Source: Ignavibacteriales bacterium (lineage in GTDB: Bacteria; Bacteroidota; Ignavibacteria; UBA10030; UBA6906). From it: 40,692 nt of DNA. The DNA lies in the NCBI GenBank assembly GCA_037441705.1, contig JBBIRR010000036.1, positions 1 through 40,692 on the forward strand. The letters are read 5' to 3'. This document shows positions 1 to 9,104 of this stretch, one piece after another (position 1 is the first letter of the stretch; each line of letters begins with the position of its first letter). The notes under the pieces were generated by a model. The model did no database searches and had not been told where the DNA came from. It saw only the letters and a list, made by a program, of their open reading frames with translations. The position numbers and the translations under genes were made by a program.

Positions 1-77
1 ATGTACATGACCAAAAATACGAAAACGTGTCGAGAATCTGAACCACCGAGCCCGCGGCCGTCCCTCCACGCCCTCCC

Positions 78-746
78 TCAAGGTTTGGAAGCCTTCTCGG
101 CTCCTGTAGCAGGGCGAGTATGGCGACCGGAAGGCTGAACAGGAGCCCGCAGATTGAGCGATTGGAGAAGCCGCGTGCGCTCATGCTCTGTCAGTTCGCG
201 GCTCTCTCCCGGTCGCAGCGTTCCCAGTCGCAACGGTCCGATAGCCGTTCGCACGAGCCGCAATGTTGGATGCCCAACCGCCGCGGTCATCTTCCGCACC
301 TGTCGATGTCTCCCTTCCCGAAGCGTGATTTCCAGCCAGGCGGTTGGGACGGTCTTCCTGAACCGAATCGGCGCATCCCTCGGCGGCAGAGAGGGTTCGC
401 GTTCAAGCAGGCGAACGTCCGCGGGTTTCGTTCTTTTGCCTTCTATCACGACACCGCTGCGCAGTATTCGTAATGCCGCGGAGCTCGGCGTGCGTTCCAC
501 ATGTACAAGATAGGTTTTGGGATGGTCGAACCTCGGATGTGCTGCTCGATGCTTTACGCGCTTGTCGTTGGTGAGCAAGAGCAAGCCCTCGCTGTCAACA
601 TCCAGCCTTCCCACGGGATACACATCGCGAGGGAACGGACCGAACTCGCTGAGGCTCCTATGGCCGTGTTCCGGCGTGAATTGCGACAGGACGCCGTACG
701 GCTTGAACATCACAATGTATCGGTACGTTGAATGGCGTAGGCTCAT
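78..746 (-). CDS. rluE: rRNA pseudouridine synthase, RluE/RsuA family
   Basis: FKPYGVLSQF N-terminus, catalytic GRLD motif (YPVGRLDVDSEGLLLLTND), WLEITLREGRHRQVRKMTAAVGHPTLRLVR; no S4 domain, as in RluE. Confidence 0.85.
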   Translation of the reverse strand: MSLRHSTYRYIVMFKPYGVLSQFTPEHGHRSLSEFGPFPRDVYPVGRLDVDSEGLLLLTNDKRVKHRAAHPRFDHPKTYLVHVERTPSSAALRILRSGVVIEGKRTKPADVRLLEREPSLPPRDAPIRFRKTVPTAWLEITLREGRHRQVRKMTAAVGHPTLRLVRTAIGPLRLGTLRPGESRELTEHERTRLLQSLNLRAPVQPSGRHTRPATGAEKASKP

Positions 747-790
747 ACACCATCAAGGTAGCGAAGAGGCGTTCGAGGCGCAAGGGGCGC

Positions 791-819
791 TTGACATTGT
801 CCGCTGATGGCTTTATCTT
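791..819 (+). promoter_or_regulatory. sigma70-type promoter for the marR operon
   Basis: TTGACA (791-796), 17-nt spacer, TATCTT (814-819), ~32 nt upstream of GTG 852. Confidence 0.7.
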
Positions 820-846
820 GAATTCGGATATTTTGAATTCAAAATA
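814..846. promoter_or_regulatory. MarR operator: two overlapping palindromic boxes
   Basis: Perfect 18-bp palindrome TATTTTGAATTCAAAATA (829-846) plus imperfect copy TATCTTGAATTCGGATAT (814-831) covering the -10 box. Confidence 0.75.
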
Positions 847-851
847 ATATC

Positions 852-1310
852 GTGAAGACCACCAGACAGTACGGCAAAAAGGCAGATCGGGCGCTCACCC
901 TGTGGGTCAAGCTCGCCCGGGCGTTTGCCGTATTCTCCAAGGCCTCCGATGCCGATATTGCACGGTACGGCCTGACGGCTGCCCAGTTCGGCATCGTGGA
1001 GTGTCTCGGTCACCTCGGCCCGATGACGCTCGGCCAGCTGTGCAGAAAAAAACTTGTCAGCGGCGGCAACATGACCGTTGTGGTGGATAATCTGGAGAAG
1101 CTGGGACTCGTCGAGCGTGTCCACAGCACACAGGATCGGCGGGCGATTGTCGTTCAGCTAACGCGAAAAGGGAAGAGACTGTTCAAAGCAATTTTCCCCC
1201 AACATGCGAAGTTCATTTCGTCGTTGGTTTCGTCGCTGACGGAACAGGAGCAAGATCAACTTGCCCGGCTGCTCAAGAAATTGGGTCTTTCGATCCAAGA
1301 GCGGTTGTGA
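852..1310 (+). CDS. MarR-family transcriptional regulator (MhqR-like)
   Basis: GLTAAQFGIVECL...SGGNMTVVVDNLEKLGLVER...DRR wHTH signature, 152 aa. Confidence 0.9.
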   Translation: MKTTRQYGKKADRALTLWVKLARAFAVFSKASDADIARYGLTAAQFGIVECLGHLGPMTLGQLCRKKLVSGGNMTVVVDNLEKLGLVERVHSTQDRRAIVVQLTRKGKRLFKAIFPQHAKFISSLVSSLTEQEQDQLARLLKKLGLSIQERL

Positions 1311-1404
1311 TACGGTGGAACACCAGAAGGGGATTGAGCGTTCTACATGATAGCCTCTGCCATTGTTCGGAGTGACGGGAGAGAAACCAGAGAGGAGAAG
1401 ATTC

Positions 1405-1701
1405 ATGTATCAATTTATGATCGACATAACGCTGCCGGGCGTGCTGACGAAGGAGTTCATCGCGCTTGTGCCAAAGCAGCGAGCGCAAGTGGAGCGGTTG
1501 CTGAACGAGAGGCGACTTATCAATTTCAGTCTGGCACTCGACCGTTCCAAGTGTTGGGCGACGATGCTCGCCGAATCGGAGGCAGAAGTACAGAGAATTC
1601 TCTCGTCTTTTCCTCTGCGGGAGTTCATGAAGGTGAAGATTCATCAACTCCAATTCGTCGAGAGTGCGCCGACAATCACTGCACAGATTTCTCTCAACTA
1701 A
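1405..1701 (+). CDS. muconolactone delta-isomerase-like small protein
   Basis: 98 aa from ATG 1405 with SD GAGGAG; dimeric alpha/beta-barrel pattern (QFMIDITLP...WATMLAESEAEVQRILSSFPL). Confidence 0.6.
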   Translation: MYQFMIDITLPGVLTKEFIALVPKQRAQVERLLNERRLINFSLALDRSKCWATMLAESEAEVQRILSSFPLREFMKVKIHQLQFVESAPTITAQISLN

Positions 1702-1743
1702 ACCATCTAACCACCAATCACCCATAATGTTAGGAGGTACACT

Positions 1744-2340
1744 ATGATTCGTTTCCTTGTTCCTATTCTTGCTGTGATGCTTGCAGTGCCTGGGGTTCGA
1801 GGGCAGAATGCCTGGAATGTGGACAAGAATCACAGCCAAATTCTGTTCACGGTCAGTCACATGGTGTTCTCGGAGGTGACCGGCGCCTTCCGTGACTTCG
1901 ATGTGACGTTCGAAAACGCGAAGGACGATTTCACGGATGCGAAGATTACGGCTACACTCAAAGTGAGAAGCATTGATACGCAGAATGAGAAGCGTGACAA
2001 TCATCTCAAGAGCAACGACTTTCTGAATGCTGAGAAGTTTCCCGAAATCAAGTTCAAGAGTACAAAGGTGGAGAAGACCGGGAACGATAGATACCGGATC
2101 ACCGGCGATCTCACGATCAGGGACGTGACCAAACCCGTGGTGCTGGAGGCGGTGTACCGCGGAATGATTGATGATCCGTGGGGCAACAAGAGGATCGGGT
2201 TCAAGGCAACGACGACGATTAATCGTTTCGATTTTGGTGTTGCCTGGAATGCGACGCTCGAAACCGGCGGCCTCATTGCCGGCAAGGATGTTCAGATCAC
2301 GCTGCTGATGCAGTTCGTGCGTCCGAAGCAGCAAGGATGA
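1744..2340 (+). CDS. YceI-family polyisoprenoid/lipid-binding protein with signal peptide
   Basis: SD AGGAGG; WNVDKNHSQILFTVSHM, SIDTQNEKRDNHLKSNDF, GDLTIRDVTKPV, INRFDFGV motifs. Confidence 0.92.
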   Translation: MIRFLVPILAVMLAVPGVRGQNAWNVDKNHSQILFTVSHMVFSEVTGAFRDFDVTFENAKDDFTDAKITATLKVRSIDTQNEKRDNHLKSNDFLNAEKFPEIKFKSTKVEKTGNDRYRITGDLTIRDVTKPVVLEAVYRGMIDDPWGNKRIGFKATTTINRFDFGVAWNATLETGGLIAGKDVQITLLMQFVRPKQQG

Positions 2341-3218
2341 TGCACGTGGCGGATTTCCTGCCGCACCAGACACGCATCCAGCATGTTCATCTGCGGGTGA
2401 AAGACCTAAGCAGCGTTCGAACGTTCTACGAACAACTGCTCGGCTTTCGCGTCGTGAAAGATGATGGGCAGGCGGTTGCCCTCTCTGCTACGGGGCAACC
2501 TCCCGCTCACGTTTTCCTTACGGAAGATCGCGGTGCAGCTCATCGGCCGCCGCGATCTCCCGGTCTGTTTCATGTCGCATTCCGGTATCCTCATCGCGCC
2601 GCGCTCGCGGCGGCATTTCTGCAGCTTCTTCATCACGGTTATCCCATTCATGGCGCCTCCGACCATGCCGTAAGCGAAGCGGTCTACCTTGCCGATCCTG
2701 AAGGCAACGGCATCGAGTTATATTGCGATCGGCCACGGGAGTCATGGCGCCATCAGGATGGCGAAGTCTATATGGTGACGGAGCCGTTGGATGTTGATGG
2801 GCTTCTTGCAGAGTCAAGTTCTCCTGCGCTCACAATCGATCCGCAGACCGATGTCGGTCACATTCATCTTAGCGTGAGCAATCTCTCGAAGGCGGAAGCA
2901 TTCTATGCTGGGGTGTTGGGATTTGAAATCACAACACGTTCCTATCCGGGTGCGCTGTTCCTCGCTGCAGGAGGGTATCATCACCACATTGGGGCGAACG
3001 TGTGGTACACACGCAACGGCTCGCCGGCTCCCGCCCATGCGTTAGGGTTGATTGAGTTTGGGATAGCGGTTCCCGCGGCAGGGTGGGACGAGTTGATCCA
3101 ACGATTGACGAAAGCCGGTACGCCGATCGAGCAGAAGCAGGTCGAAAGAATCTATCTGCGCGACCTTGACGGGATAGGCGTGGAGCTGATGATCAACGAT
3201 GAAGAAGTGAAAGGTTAG
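2337..3218 (+). CDS. VOC-family extradiol dioxygenase (CatE-like catechol 2,3-dioxygenase)
   Basis: Two VOC domains: HVHLRV, GLFHVAF, DHAVSEAVYLADPEGNGIELY, GHIHL, GGYHHHIGAN; ATGA overlap with yceI. Confidence 0.85.
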   Translation: MMHVADFLPHQTRIQHVHLRVKDLSSVRTFYEQLLGFRVVKDDGQAVALSATGQPPAHVFLTEDRGAAHRPPRSPGLFHVAFRYPHRAALAAAFLQLLHHGYPIHGASDHAVSEAVYLADPEGNGIELYCDRPRESWRHQDGEVYMVTEPLDVDGLLAESSSPALTIDPQTDVGHIHLSVSNLSKAEAFYAGVLGFEITTRSYPGALFLAAGGYHHHIGANVWYTRNGSPAPAHALGLIEFGIAVPAAGWDELIQRLTKAGTPIEQKQVERIYLRDLDGIGVELMINDEEVKG

Positions 3219-3295
3219 TAAGATGTGGCATGGCGGCGGCTGATGCCTGAGCTACGCCAAAACCGGATAGAAGGTGGGACTCGCAATTCGACGCG

Positions 3296-3847
3296 TCACG
3301 CTCGAAACACATCCTCTACATTGATCGTCAACTCCGGCAAGAGCCGTGAGGTCACGGCTCCGGTCTCTCGTTCTTTCGCGACTGAAACGAACCTTCCATT
3401 GACGTTTTCAAAGATTTCAATCGTTTTCCCCTTCGGATCAACAACCCAGTACTCCTTCACGCCGTGAGCTTCATAAACATCTTTCTTCGTTGCCAGGTCG
3501 TAATAGCCGGTGGTTGCTGAAAGGATTTCGACGATGAGGTCCGGTGCGCCTTCAATGTAATTGGTTTTGAGAATGTGTTTGCGTCCGGCAGCAACAAAGA
3601 TGATATCAGGCTGATATGTCTCGTGCTCGGTAAATAGCACATCAATAGGAGCGTAGAACAACTCGCCAAGGTTTTTCCCTGCGATGAACGCGCTTAGCTG
3701 AAGAAAGATGTTCCGGGAAACTGCTTGATGGAACAGGTCAGGCGCTGGTGAGGTGATGATCTCTCCTCCAGTGAGTTGGCACGACGCCCCCTCCGGCAGC
3801 TTTGCGTAGTCATCGTAGGTCTTCAGCTTCTCGTCGGTTATTTGCAT
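3296..3847 (-). CDS. Uma2-family (DUF820) putative PD-(D/E)xK endonuclease
   Basis: ATG 3847 with SD AAGGAG; SPAP..HQ, QPDI, GAPDLIVEILS, K..YEAHGVKEYWVVDP. Confidence 0.88.
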   Translation of the reverse strand: MQITDEKLKTYDDYAKLPEGASCQLTGGEIITSPAPDLFHQAVSRNIFLQLSAFIAGKNLGELFYAPIDVLFTEHETYQPDIIFVAAGRKHILKTNYIEGAPDLIVEILSATTGYYDLATKKDVYEAHGVKEYWVVDPKGKTIEIFENVNGRFVSVAKERETGAVTSRLLPELTINVEDVFRA

Positions 3848-4035
3848 TGCCCGGCTCCTTCGTTTCAGATGAATGATACGCTTCGTGTGGTTGAACCGCA
3901 ATTGATACTCACTCGTCTTTTGTCTATCTTCTGAGCAACAGAAGCGGTGCACATCATTGAAAATCGGATAGCATTGGCCGGGCGGGATGATGTCCCGCCT
4001 TCATTTTGTTCCTTCTGACACAGTGGAGTTAATCG

Positions 4036-5802
4036 TTGGCGGCATTCAGGAAGCGGACACATACGTGTGGGGAGTTGCGCATACAGCACATTGGCGAAAC
4101 GGTCACACTCGCGGGCTGGGTGGATACCCGGCGCGACCTGGGCGGTGTCATCTTTATTGACCTCCGGGACAGGTACGGAAAAACGCAGGTCGTGTTTAAT
4201 CCGCAAACGAACGCCGCTGTTCATGAGCTGGCAGGTTCGCTGCGAAGCGAGTATGTCATCTCCGTGTCGGGCAAAGTGGAGCGCCGCCCTGAAGGTACGG
4301 TCAACCCCGAGCTTGCCACAGGCGAGATTGACGTAATGGTGCATGAGCTGACCATTCTGAGCAAAGCCGAGACGCCTCCGTTTCCCATCGAGGATGAGAT
4401 CGAGACCAACGAAGACTTGCGCCTGAAGTATCGCTATCTCGACCTGCGGCGGCCGATCCTGCAAAAGAATCTGATCTTCCGCCACAAACTCTACCAGGTG
4501 ATTCACCGATACTTCGACGAGCACGGCTTTCTGGAAATCGAAACACCGATGCTGATGAAAAGCACGCCCGAAGGGGCGCGGGACTATCTTGTGCCGAGCC
4601 GCGTGCATCCGGGAAAGTTTTACGCGTTGCCGCAATCTCCGCAAACCTATAAGCAGATTCTGATGGTGGCAGGCTTCGACCGCTACGTTCAAATCACGAA
4701 ATGTTTCCGCGACGAAGACCTTCGTGCCGATCGTCAGCCGGAGTTTACGCAGATTGACGTCGAGATGTCGTTCGTGGATGAGTCCGATGTGCAGCGCATC
4801 GCCGAAGGCATGATGGCTCGCATCTTCAAAGAACTGCTGGACGTCGAGATTCCTTTGCCCTTGCCCCGACTCACGTACAGGCAAGCGATGGAGAGCTACG
4901 GCAGCGATAAACCGGATACACGGTTCGGTATGAAGATCACGACGTTGAACTATCTGGCTCAGGGGTCAGGGTTCAAGGTGTTTGCCGAAAACGTCGCGAA
5001 GGGCGGAGTGGTAGCGGGCATCGTTGTGCCGGGTGGTGCGTCATTCACCCGCAACCAGATGGACAATCTCGTTGATTACACGAAGTCCATTGGCGGCGCG
5101 GGATTGGCCTACATCAAATGGACGGAGAATGGGTTGGAGTCGGCCATCGGTAAATTTCTTGGCGACGACCTGATGAAGAAAATTGCTGTTGAGATGGGAG
5201 CTAGGCAGGGCGACCTGATGCTGTTCCAATCAGATGCGTGGCTGAAGGCGTATTCGGTGCTCGGCACGCTGCGTCTCGACATGGCGAAGCGACTGAATCT
5301 GATCGACGAATCGAAGTGGAACTTGTTATGGGTGACGGAGTTCCCGATGTTCGAGTGGAATGACGAAGAGAAACGGTACGAGGCGATGCATCACCCCTTT
5401 ACCTCCCCGATGGCGGAGGATGTTGACTTGCTGGAAACAACGCCGCAGCAGGCGCGCTCGCGTGCATACGATATGGTATTGAATGGAAATGAGTTGGGCG
5501 GAGGAAGCATTCGCATTCATGACCCTGCGCTTCAGACAAAAGTTTTTCGTTTATTAGGGATAGACGCGGGAGAAGCCGAGAAGCGATTCGGCTTTTTGCT
5601 CAACGCGTTCAGGTACGGCGCGCCGCCGCACGGCGGCATTGCCTTCGGCCTTGATCGCATTGTCATGTTGCTGACCGGAAGCAAATCACTGCGGGATGTA
5701 ATCGCTTTCCCGAAGACCGCAAGCGCCATGTCGCTGATGGACGAAGCCCCGAGCGAAGTGGATGAGAAGCAGTTGCGGGAGTTGCACATAAGGGTCGTGT
5801 GA
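4036..5802 (+). CDS. aspS: aspartate--tRNA ligase (bacterial type with GAD insert)
   Basis: RTHTCGELR, RRDLGG, STPEGARDY, YALPQSPQ, FRDEDLRADRQPEFTQID, GAPPHGGIAFGLDR; TTG start with SD GGAG. Confidence 0.97.
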   Translation: MAAFRKRTHTCGELRIQHIGETVTLAGWVDTRRDLGGVIFIDLRDRYGKTQVVFNPQTNAAVHELAGSLRSEYVISVSGKVERRPEGTVNPELATGEIDVMVHELTILSKAETPPFPIEDEIETNEDLRLKYRYLDLRRPILQKNLIFRHKLYQVIHRYFDEHGFLEIETPMLMKSTPEGARDYLVPSRVHPGKFYALPQSPQTYKQILMVAGFDRYVQITKCFRDEDLRADRQPEFTQIDVEMSFVDESDVQRIAEGMMARIFKELLDVEIPLPLPRLTYRQAMESYGSDKPDTRFGMKITTLNYLAQGSGFKVFAENVAKGGVVAGIVVPGGASFTRNQMDNLVDYTKSIGGAGLAYIKWTENGLESAIGKFLGDDLMKKIAVEMGARQGDLMLFQSDAWLKAYSVLGTLRLDMAKRLNLIDESKWNLLWVTEFPMFEWNDEEKRYEAMHHPFTSPMAEDVDLLETTPQQARSRAYDMVLNGNELGGGSIRIHDPALQTKVFRLLGIDAGEAEKRFGFLLNAFRYGAPPHGGIAFGLDRIVMLLTGSKSLRDVIAFPKTASAMSLMDEAPSEVDEKQLRELHIRVV

Positions 5803-5805
5803 AAA

Positions 5806-6198
5806 ATGTACGGCGTGTACTACTACAGTCGTTGGACGGAACCAATTCGGAAGAAGAAGTTTTCCGAGCTAAAATTGCTGAAGAATGAACGCGCTGCAAT
5901 CCTTGCGTTCTCGCGGCGACTGAAGAAGTTGTTAGGCAAGCAGCGTGTTTCCCTTCTTCTTTTTGGCTCAAAAGCCCGAGGTGATGCGCGCAAGGATTCC
6001 GATATTGACATCTTTATTCTTGTGAAGGACAAGAAGAACGATGTGAACGACAAGATTGCGCAAGTGACGGCTGAAATTCTCGACGACTATGGAATTCTGC
6101 TTTCTCCGGTGTCGTACGACTTGCATGAGGCAGAGATGAACGTCAAGTTGCATTCTTTCTTTTTCGAAGAAGTGCAAAGGGAAGGCATCCCGATTTGA
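5806..6198 (+). CDS. minimal nucleotidyltransferase (MNT/MntA-like antitoxin domain); start uncertain
   Basis: LFGSKARGDARKDSDIDIFILV (GSx10DxD) and C-terminal FFEEVQREGIPI typical of MNT proteins. Confidence 0.8.
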   Translation: MYGVYYYSRWTEPIRKKKFSELKLLKNERAAILAFSRRLKKLLGKQRVSLLLFGSKARGDARKDSDIDIFILVKDKKNDVNDKIAQVTAEILDDYGILLSPVSYDLHEAEMNVKLHSFFFEEVQREGIPI

Positions 6199-6329
6199 AG
6201 GGAAATCACCGCAGATGAACGCGTGCGGCATCATAAGACAACCGCATTCGTGAAAAAACCTGGGCGCTGAAGCTCTATGAATCAAGAAAACCCAAATCAA
6301 CCATTCTTTCATTTACTCATGGAGGTCAT

Positions 6330-7376
6330 ATGGTTGGCATCGTCGGGTACGGCGCATACCTCCCGAGGTATCGCATCAAGACAGAAGTGATTGCCCAGCA
6401 GTGGGGCGCAGACCCCGTGGCGGTCACAAGAGGACTACAACTGTTCGAGAAAACGGTTCCCGGACAGGACGAGGACACGATCACGATTTCTGTTGCGGCG
6501 GCGCGCAATGCACTCCGCCGCGCGCAGATTGATCCGAAAGACATCGGAGCGGTCTACATCGGCTCCGAATCCCATCCCTACGCAGTGAAACCGAGCGGAA
6601 CGATCCTGATTGATGCACTCGGTATCGGTCCGCATGTGCATGTGGCGAGTTACGAGTTTGCATGCAAAGCCGGAAGCGAAGCGATGTACGTCGCTTACAG
6701 TCACGTGAAGGCGGGCGAGATGAAGTACGCGATGGGCATCGGTGCTGACACTTCGCAGGGCGCGCCGGGTGATGCGCTCGAGTACTCTGCCTCAGCGGGT
6801 GGCGCTGCGTTCATCATGGGGCGTGAACGCGTAGTGGCGGAGATTCTTTTCACACACTCGTACACATCCGACACGCCCGACTTCTGGCGGCGCGAGGGCG
6901 AGGCCTATCCGCGGCATGGCGGGCGGTTCACCGGCGATCCGGCGTATTTCCGCCATATCATGGGTGCCGGACGAGCGCTGTTGGAAAAATCGAAGATGAC
7001 GCCGGAGGATTTCACCCACGCGGTCTTTCATATGCCCAACGGCAAGTTCCCAATGGAGGTGGGCAAGCGGCTGGGATTCAGGAAGGAGCAGATCGAAACG
7101 GGCTGGCTGGTGCCGTGGATGGGCAACACCTACTCCGGCTCCTCGCCGACCGGACTGACGGCGATTCTGGATGTTGCTAAACCCGGGGATCTGATTTTCA
7201 TGGTGTCGTTCGGTTCCGGTGCCGGCAGCGATGGCTTCATCTTTCGCGTCACTGATGAAATCACCAAGGTACAGGACCGCGCGCCCAAAGTCCGTGAGAT
7301 GTTGGACAAAGACAAGATTCATCTCAACTACGGCGAGTACGCGAAGTTCCGCCGCAAAATCAGACTGAACGACTAA
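6330..7376 (+). CDS. hydroxymethylglutaryl-CoA synthase, archaeal type
   Basis: [25 protein letters not shown] (Glu), EFACKAG (Cys), FHMPNGKFP (His), [15 protein letters not shown]; 348 aa. Confidence 0.9.
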   Translation: MVGIVGYGAYLPRYRIKTEVIAQQWGADPVAVTRGLQLFEKTVPGQDEDTITISVAAARNALRRAQIDPKDIGAVYIGSESHPYAVKPSGTILIDALGIGPHVHVASYEFACKAGSEAMYVAYSHVKAGEMKYAMGIGADTSQGAPGDALEYSASAGGAAFIMGRERVVAEILFTHSYTSDTPDFWRREGEAYPRHGGRFTGDPAYFRHIMGAGRALLEKSKMTPEDFTHAVFHMPNGKFPMEVGKRLGFRKEQIETGWLVPWMGNTYSGSSPTGLTAILDVAKPGDLIFMVSFGSGAGSDGFIFRVTDEITKVQDRAPKVREMLDKDKIHLNYGEYAKFRRKIRLND

Positions 7377-7387
7377 GGAGGCCCACC

Positions 7388-8539
7388 ATGAGAGACGTTG
7401 TTGTCATTGGGGCGGGCATGACGAAGTTCGGCGAATTGTGGGATAAATCTATCCGAGACATCTTCGTCGAAGCCGCATTGAAAGCCATTGAAGACTCCGG
7501 TGTTGATCACATTGACTCGATGTACGTCGGGGCAATGTCGCCCGGATTGTTTGTCGGACAAGAACATCTTGGTGCCGTCATGGCGGATTATCTTGGTGTC
7601 ACCCCGATTCCTGCTACACATGTCGAATCCGCTTGCGCTTCGGGGGGTGCAGCGTTTCGACAGGCGTATCTCGAAGTTGCCTCCGGCGCGAGCGACATCG
7701 TGCTGGCCGGGGGGGTTGAAAAGATGACCGATGGCGCAGATATCACCGACACGCTGGCTACTGCCGCCGACCAGGAGTACGAGGTGTACCACGGGATTAC
7801 GTTCCCGGGCTTGTATGCGATGATCGCACGGGCACACATGGAGCGCTATGGAACGACCCGCGAGCAGCTTGCTGCCGTTGCCGTGAAGAACCATCGCAAC
7901 GGTGCAAAGAATCCGAACGCGCAGTTTCGTTCGGAAGTGACGGCTGAGCAGGTGATGAAGTCAACGATGGTAGCCGATCCGCTTCGCTTGCTCGATTGCT
8001 CGCCGGTGAGCGATGGAGCCGCAGCGGTGATCGTTGCCTCGGTGGATGTTGCCAGGCAGTTGAAGAAGAATCTGATTCGGGTAGCTGCCTCTGCGCAAGC
8101 ATCCGACACGATTGCGCTCCACAGCAGGAGGGACGTCACCACATTGAACTCCGTCGTCAAGGCGGCAGAGAAAGCATACAAGCAGGCGGGCAAAAAGCCG
8201 AGCGACATCAACCTGGTTGAGGTGCATGACTGCTTCACGATCGCCGAGATTGTGGTGACGGAAGACCTTGGGTTCTTTGAAAAAGGAAAAGGCGGCGAAG
8301 CAGCGGAAAAAGGGTGGACGTCCATCGAGTGCAACAAGATTCCCGTCAACACCAGCGGAGGACTGAAATCGAAGGGCCATCCGGTTGGGGCCACCGGCAT
8401 TGCGCAGATCATTGAACTCTATGAACAACTCAGCGGCACGGCCGGGGCGCGCCAGGTGAAAAATGCGCGCGTGGGGATGGCGCAAAACATGGGAGGCACT
8501 GGTGCCAGCTGTGTTATCCATATTCTGGAGGCAATATGA
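7388..8539 (+). CDS. acetyl-CoA acetyltransferase (thiolase), archaeal/SCP2 type
   Basis: VESACASGG (catalytic Cys), [24 protein letters not shown]; SD TAAGGAGG. Confidence 0.9.
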   Translation: MRDVVVIGAGMTKFGELWDKSIRDIFVEAALKAIEDSGVDHIDSMYVGAMSPGLFVGQEHLGAVMADYLGVTPIPATHVESACASGGAAFRQAYLEVASGASDIVLAGGVEKMTDGADITDTLATAADQEYEVYHGITFPGLYAMIARAHMERYGTTREQLAAVAVKNHRNGAKNPNAQFRSEVTAEQVMKSTMVADPLRLLDCSPVSDGAAAVIVASVDVARQLKKNLIRVAASAQASDTIALHSRRDVTTLNSVVKAAEKAYKQAGKKPSDINLVEVHDCFTIAEIVVTEDLGFFEKGKGGEAAEKGWTSIECNKIPVNTSGGLKSKGHPVGATGIAQIIELYEQLSGTAGARQVKNARVGMAQNMGGTGASCVIHILEAI

Positions 8540-8925
8540 TTCCAGCACGATATCATCGGGAGATCCCTCAGCGATACCGGCTCGAGGCGGGCAAGTGCAT
8601 CTCGTGCGGGCACGTGAGTTTTCCGCCGCGCCACGTCTGCCCGAAGTGCAAGGCGAAGAAGTTCGAGGCGGTGAAGTTGAGCGACGAGGGGACCCTGGTA
8701 ACGTTCACCGTCGTTCGTGTTGCGTCGGAGAAATTTTCGAAAGAAATTCCCTTTCCTGTCGGTATCGTTGAGTTGAACGACGGCGTTCGGGTCACGACCC
8801 AGATCGCCGACGCAGATATTGATGAGTTGAAGATCGGTCAGAAGGTGAGGCTTGTGTTCCGCAAGATTCAGGAAGATGGGAGGGCGGGGATTTTGTGTTA
8901 TGGGTACAAAGCGGTTGCGGCTTGA
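8536..8925 (+). CDS. DUF35 Zn-ribbon/OB-fold protein (thiolase-HMGS scaffold subunit)
   Basis: CxxC (CISC)...FPPR..CPKC rubredoxin-like motif followed by OB fold; ATGA overlap with thiolase. Confidence 0.9.
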   Translation: MIPARYHREIPQRYRLEAGKCISCGHVSFPPRHVCPKCKAKKFEAVKLSDEGTLVTFTVVRVASEKFSKEIPFPVGIVELNDGVRVTTQIADADIDELKIGQKVRLVFRKIQEDGRAGILCYGYKAVAA

Positions 8926-8942
8926 TCCCCCTGCTCAGAATG

Positions 8943-9090
8943 AACCACGGATGAACACGGAAGAAGCGCGGAAGGGACACGGATTATTAGAGTGACAAAC
9001 TTCGAGCTGAGCCTCGAACCAAGTTGCGCGGATAATCGCAAACAGACGATGCGCGTTCATCCGTGCCGTTTCCGTGCACATTCGTGGTGA
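8943..9090. repeat. ~150-bp intergenic element with imperfect inverted arms built from 10-11-nt CACGGA units
   Basis: Left arm ACCACGGATGAACACGGAAGAAGCGCGGAAGGGACACGGAT; reverse complement of right arm ACCACGAATGTGCACGGAAACGGCACGGATGAA; central TTCGAG...CTCGAA hairpin. Confidence 0.7.
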
Positions 9091-9104
9091 ATCCTTTGGA
9101 GAAT

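Noticed and set aside
1-77. Possible start of a minus-strand gene running off the left edge
   Set aside because: Too short to assign a frame or product
1701-1725. AACCATCT-AACCACCA-ATCACCCA short quasi-tandem repeat before yceI
   Set aside because: Only three degenerate 8-mers; too weak to call a repeat element
1273-2373. 366-aa minus-strand ORF, and other long antisense ORFs (3865-4884, 22523-23392, 31350-32657, 32591-33817, 39569-40588)
   Set aside because: Shadow frames opposite well-supported genes in GC-rich DNA; no recognisable motifs
8943-9090. Possible CRISPR array or riboswitch
   Set aside because: Units are 10-11 nt with no unique spacers and no cas genes; no riboswitch consensus recognised
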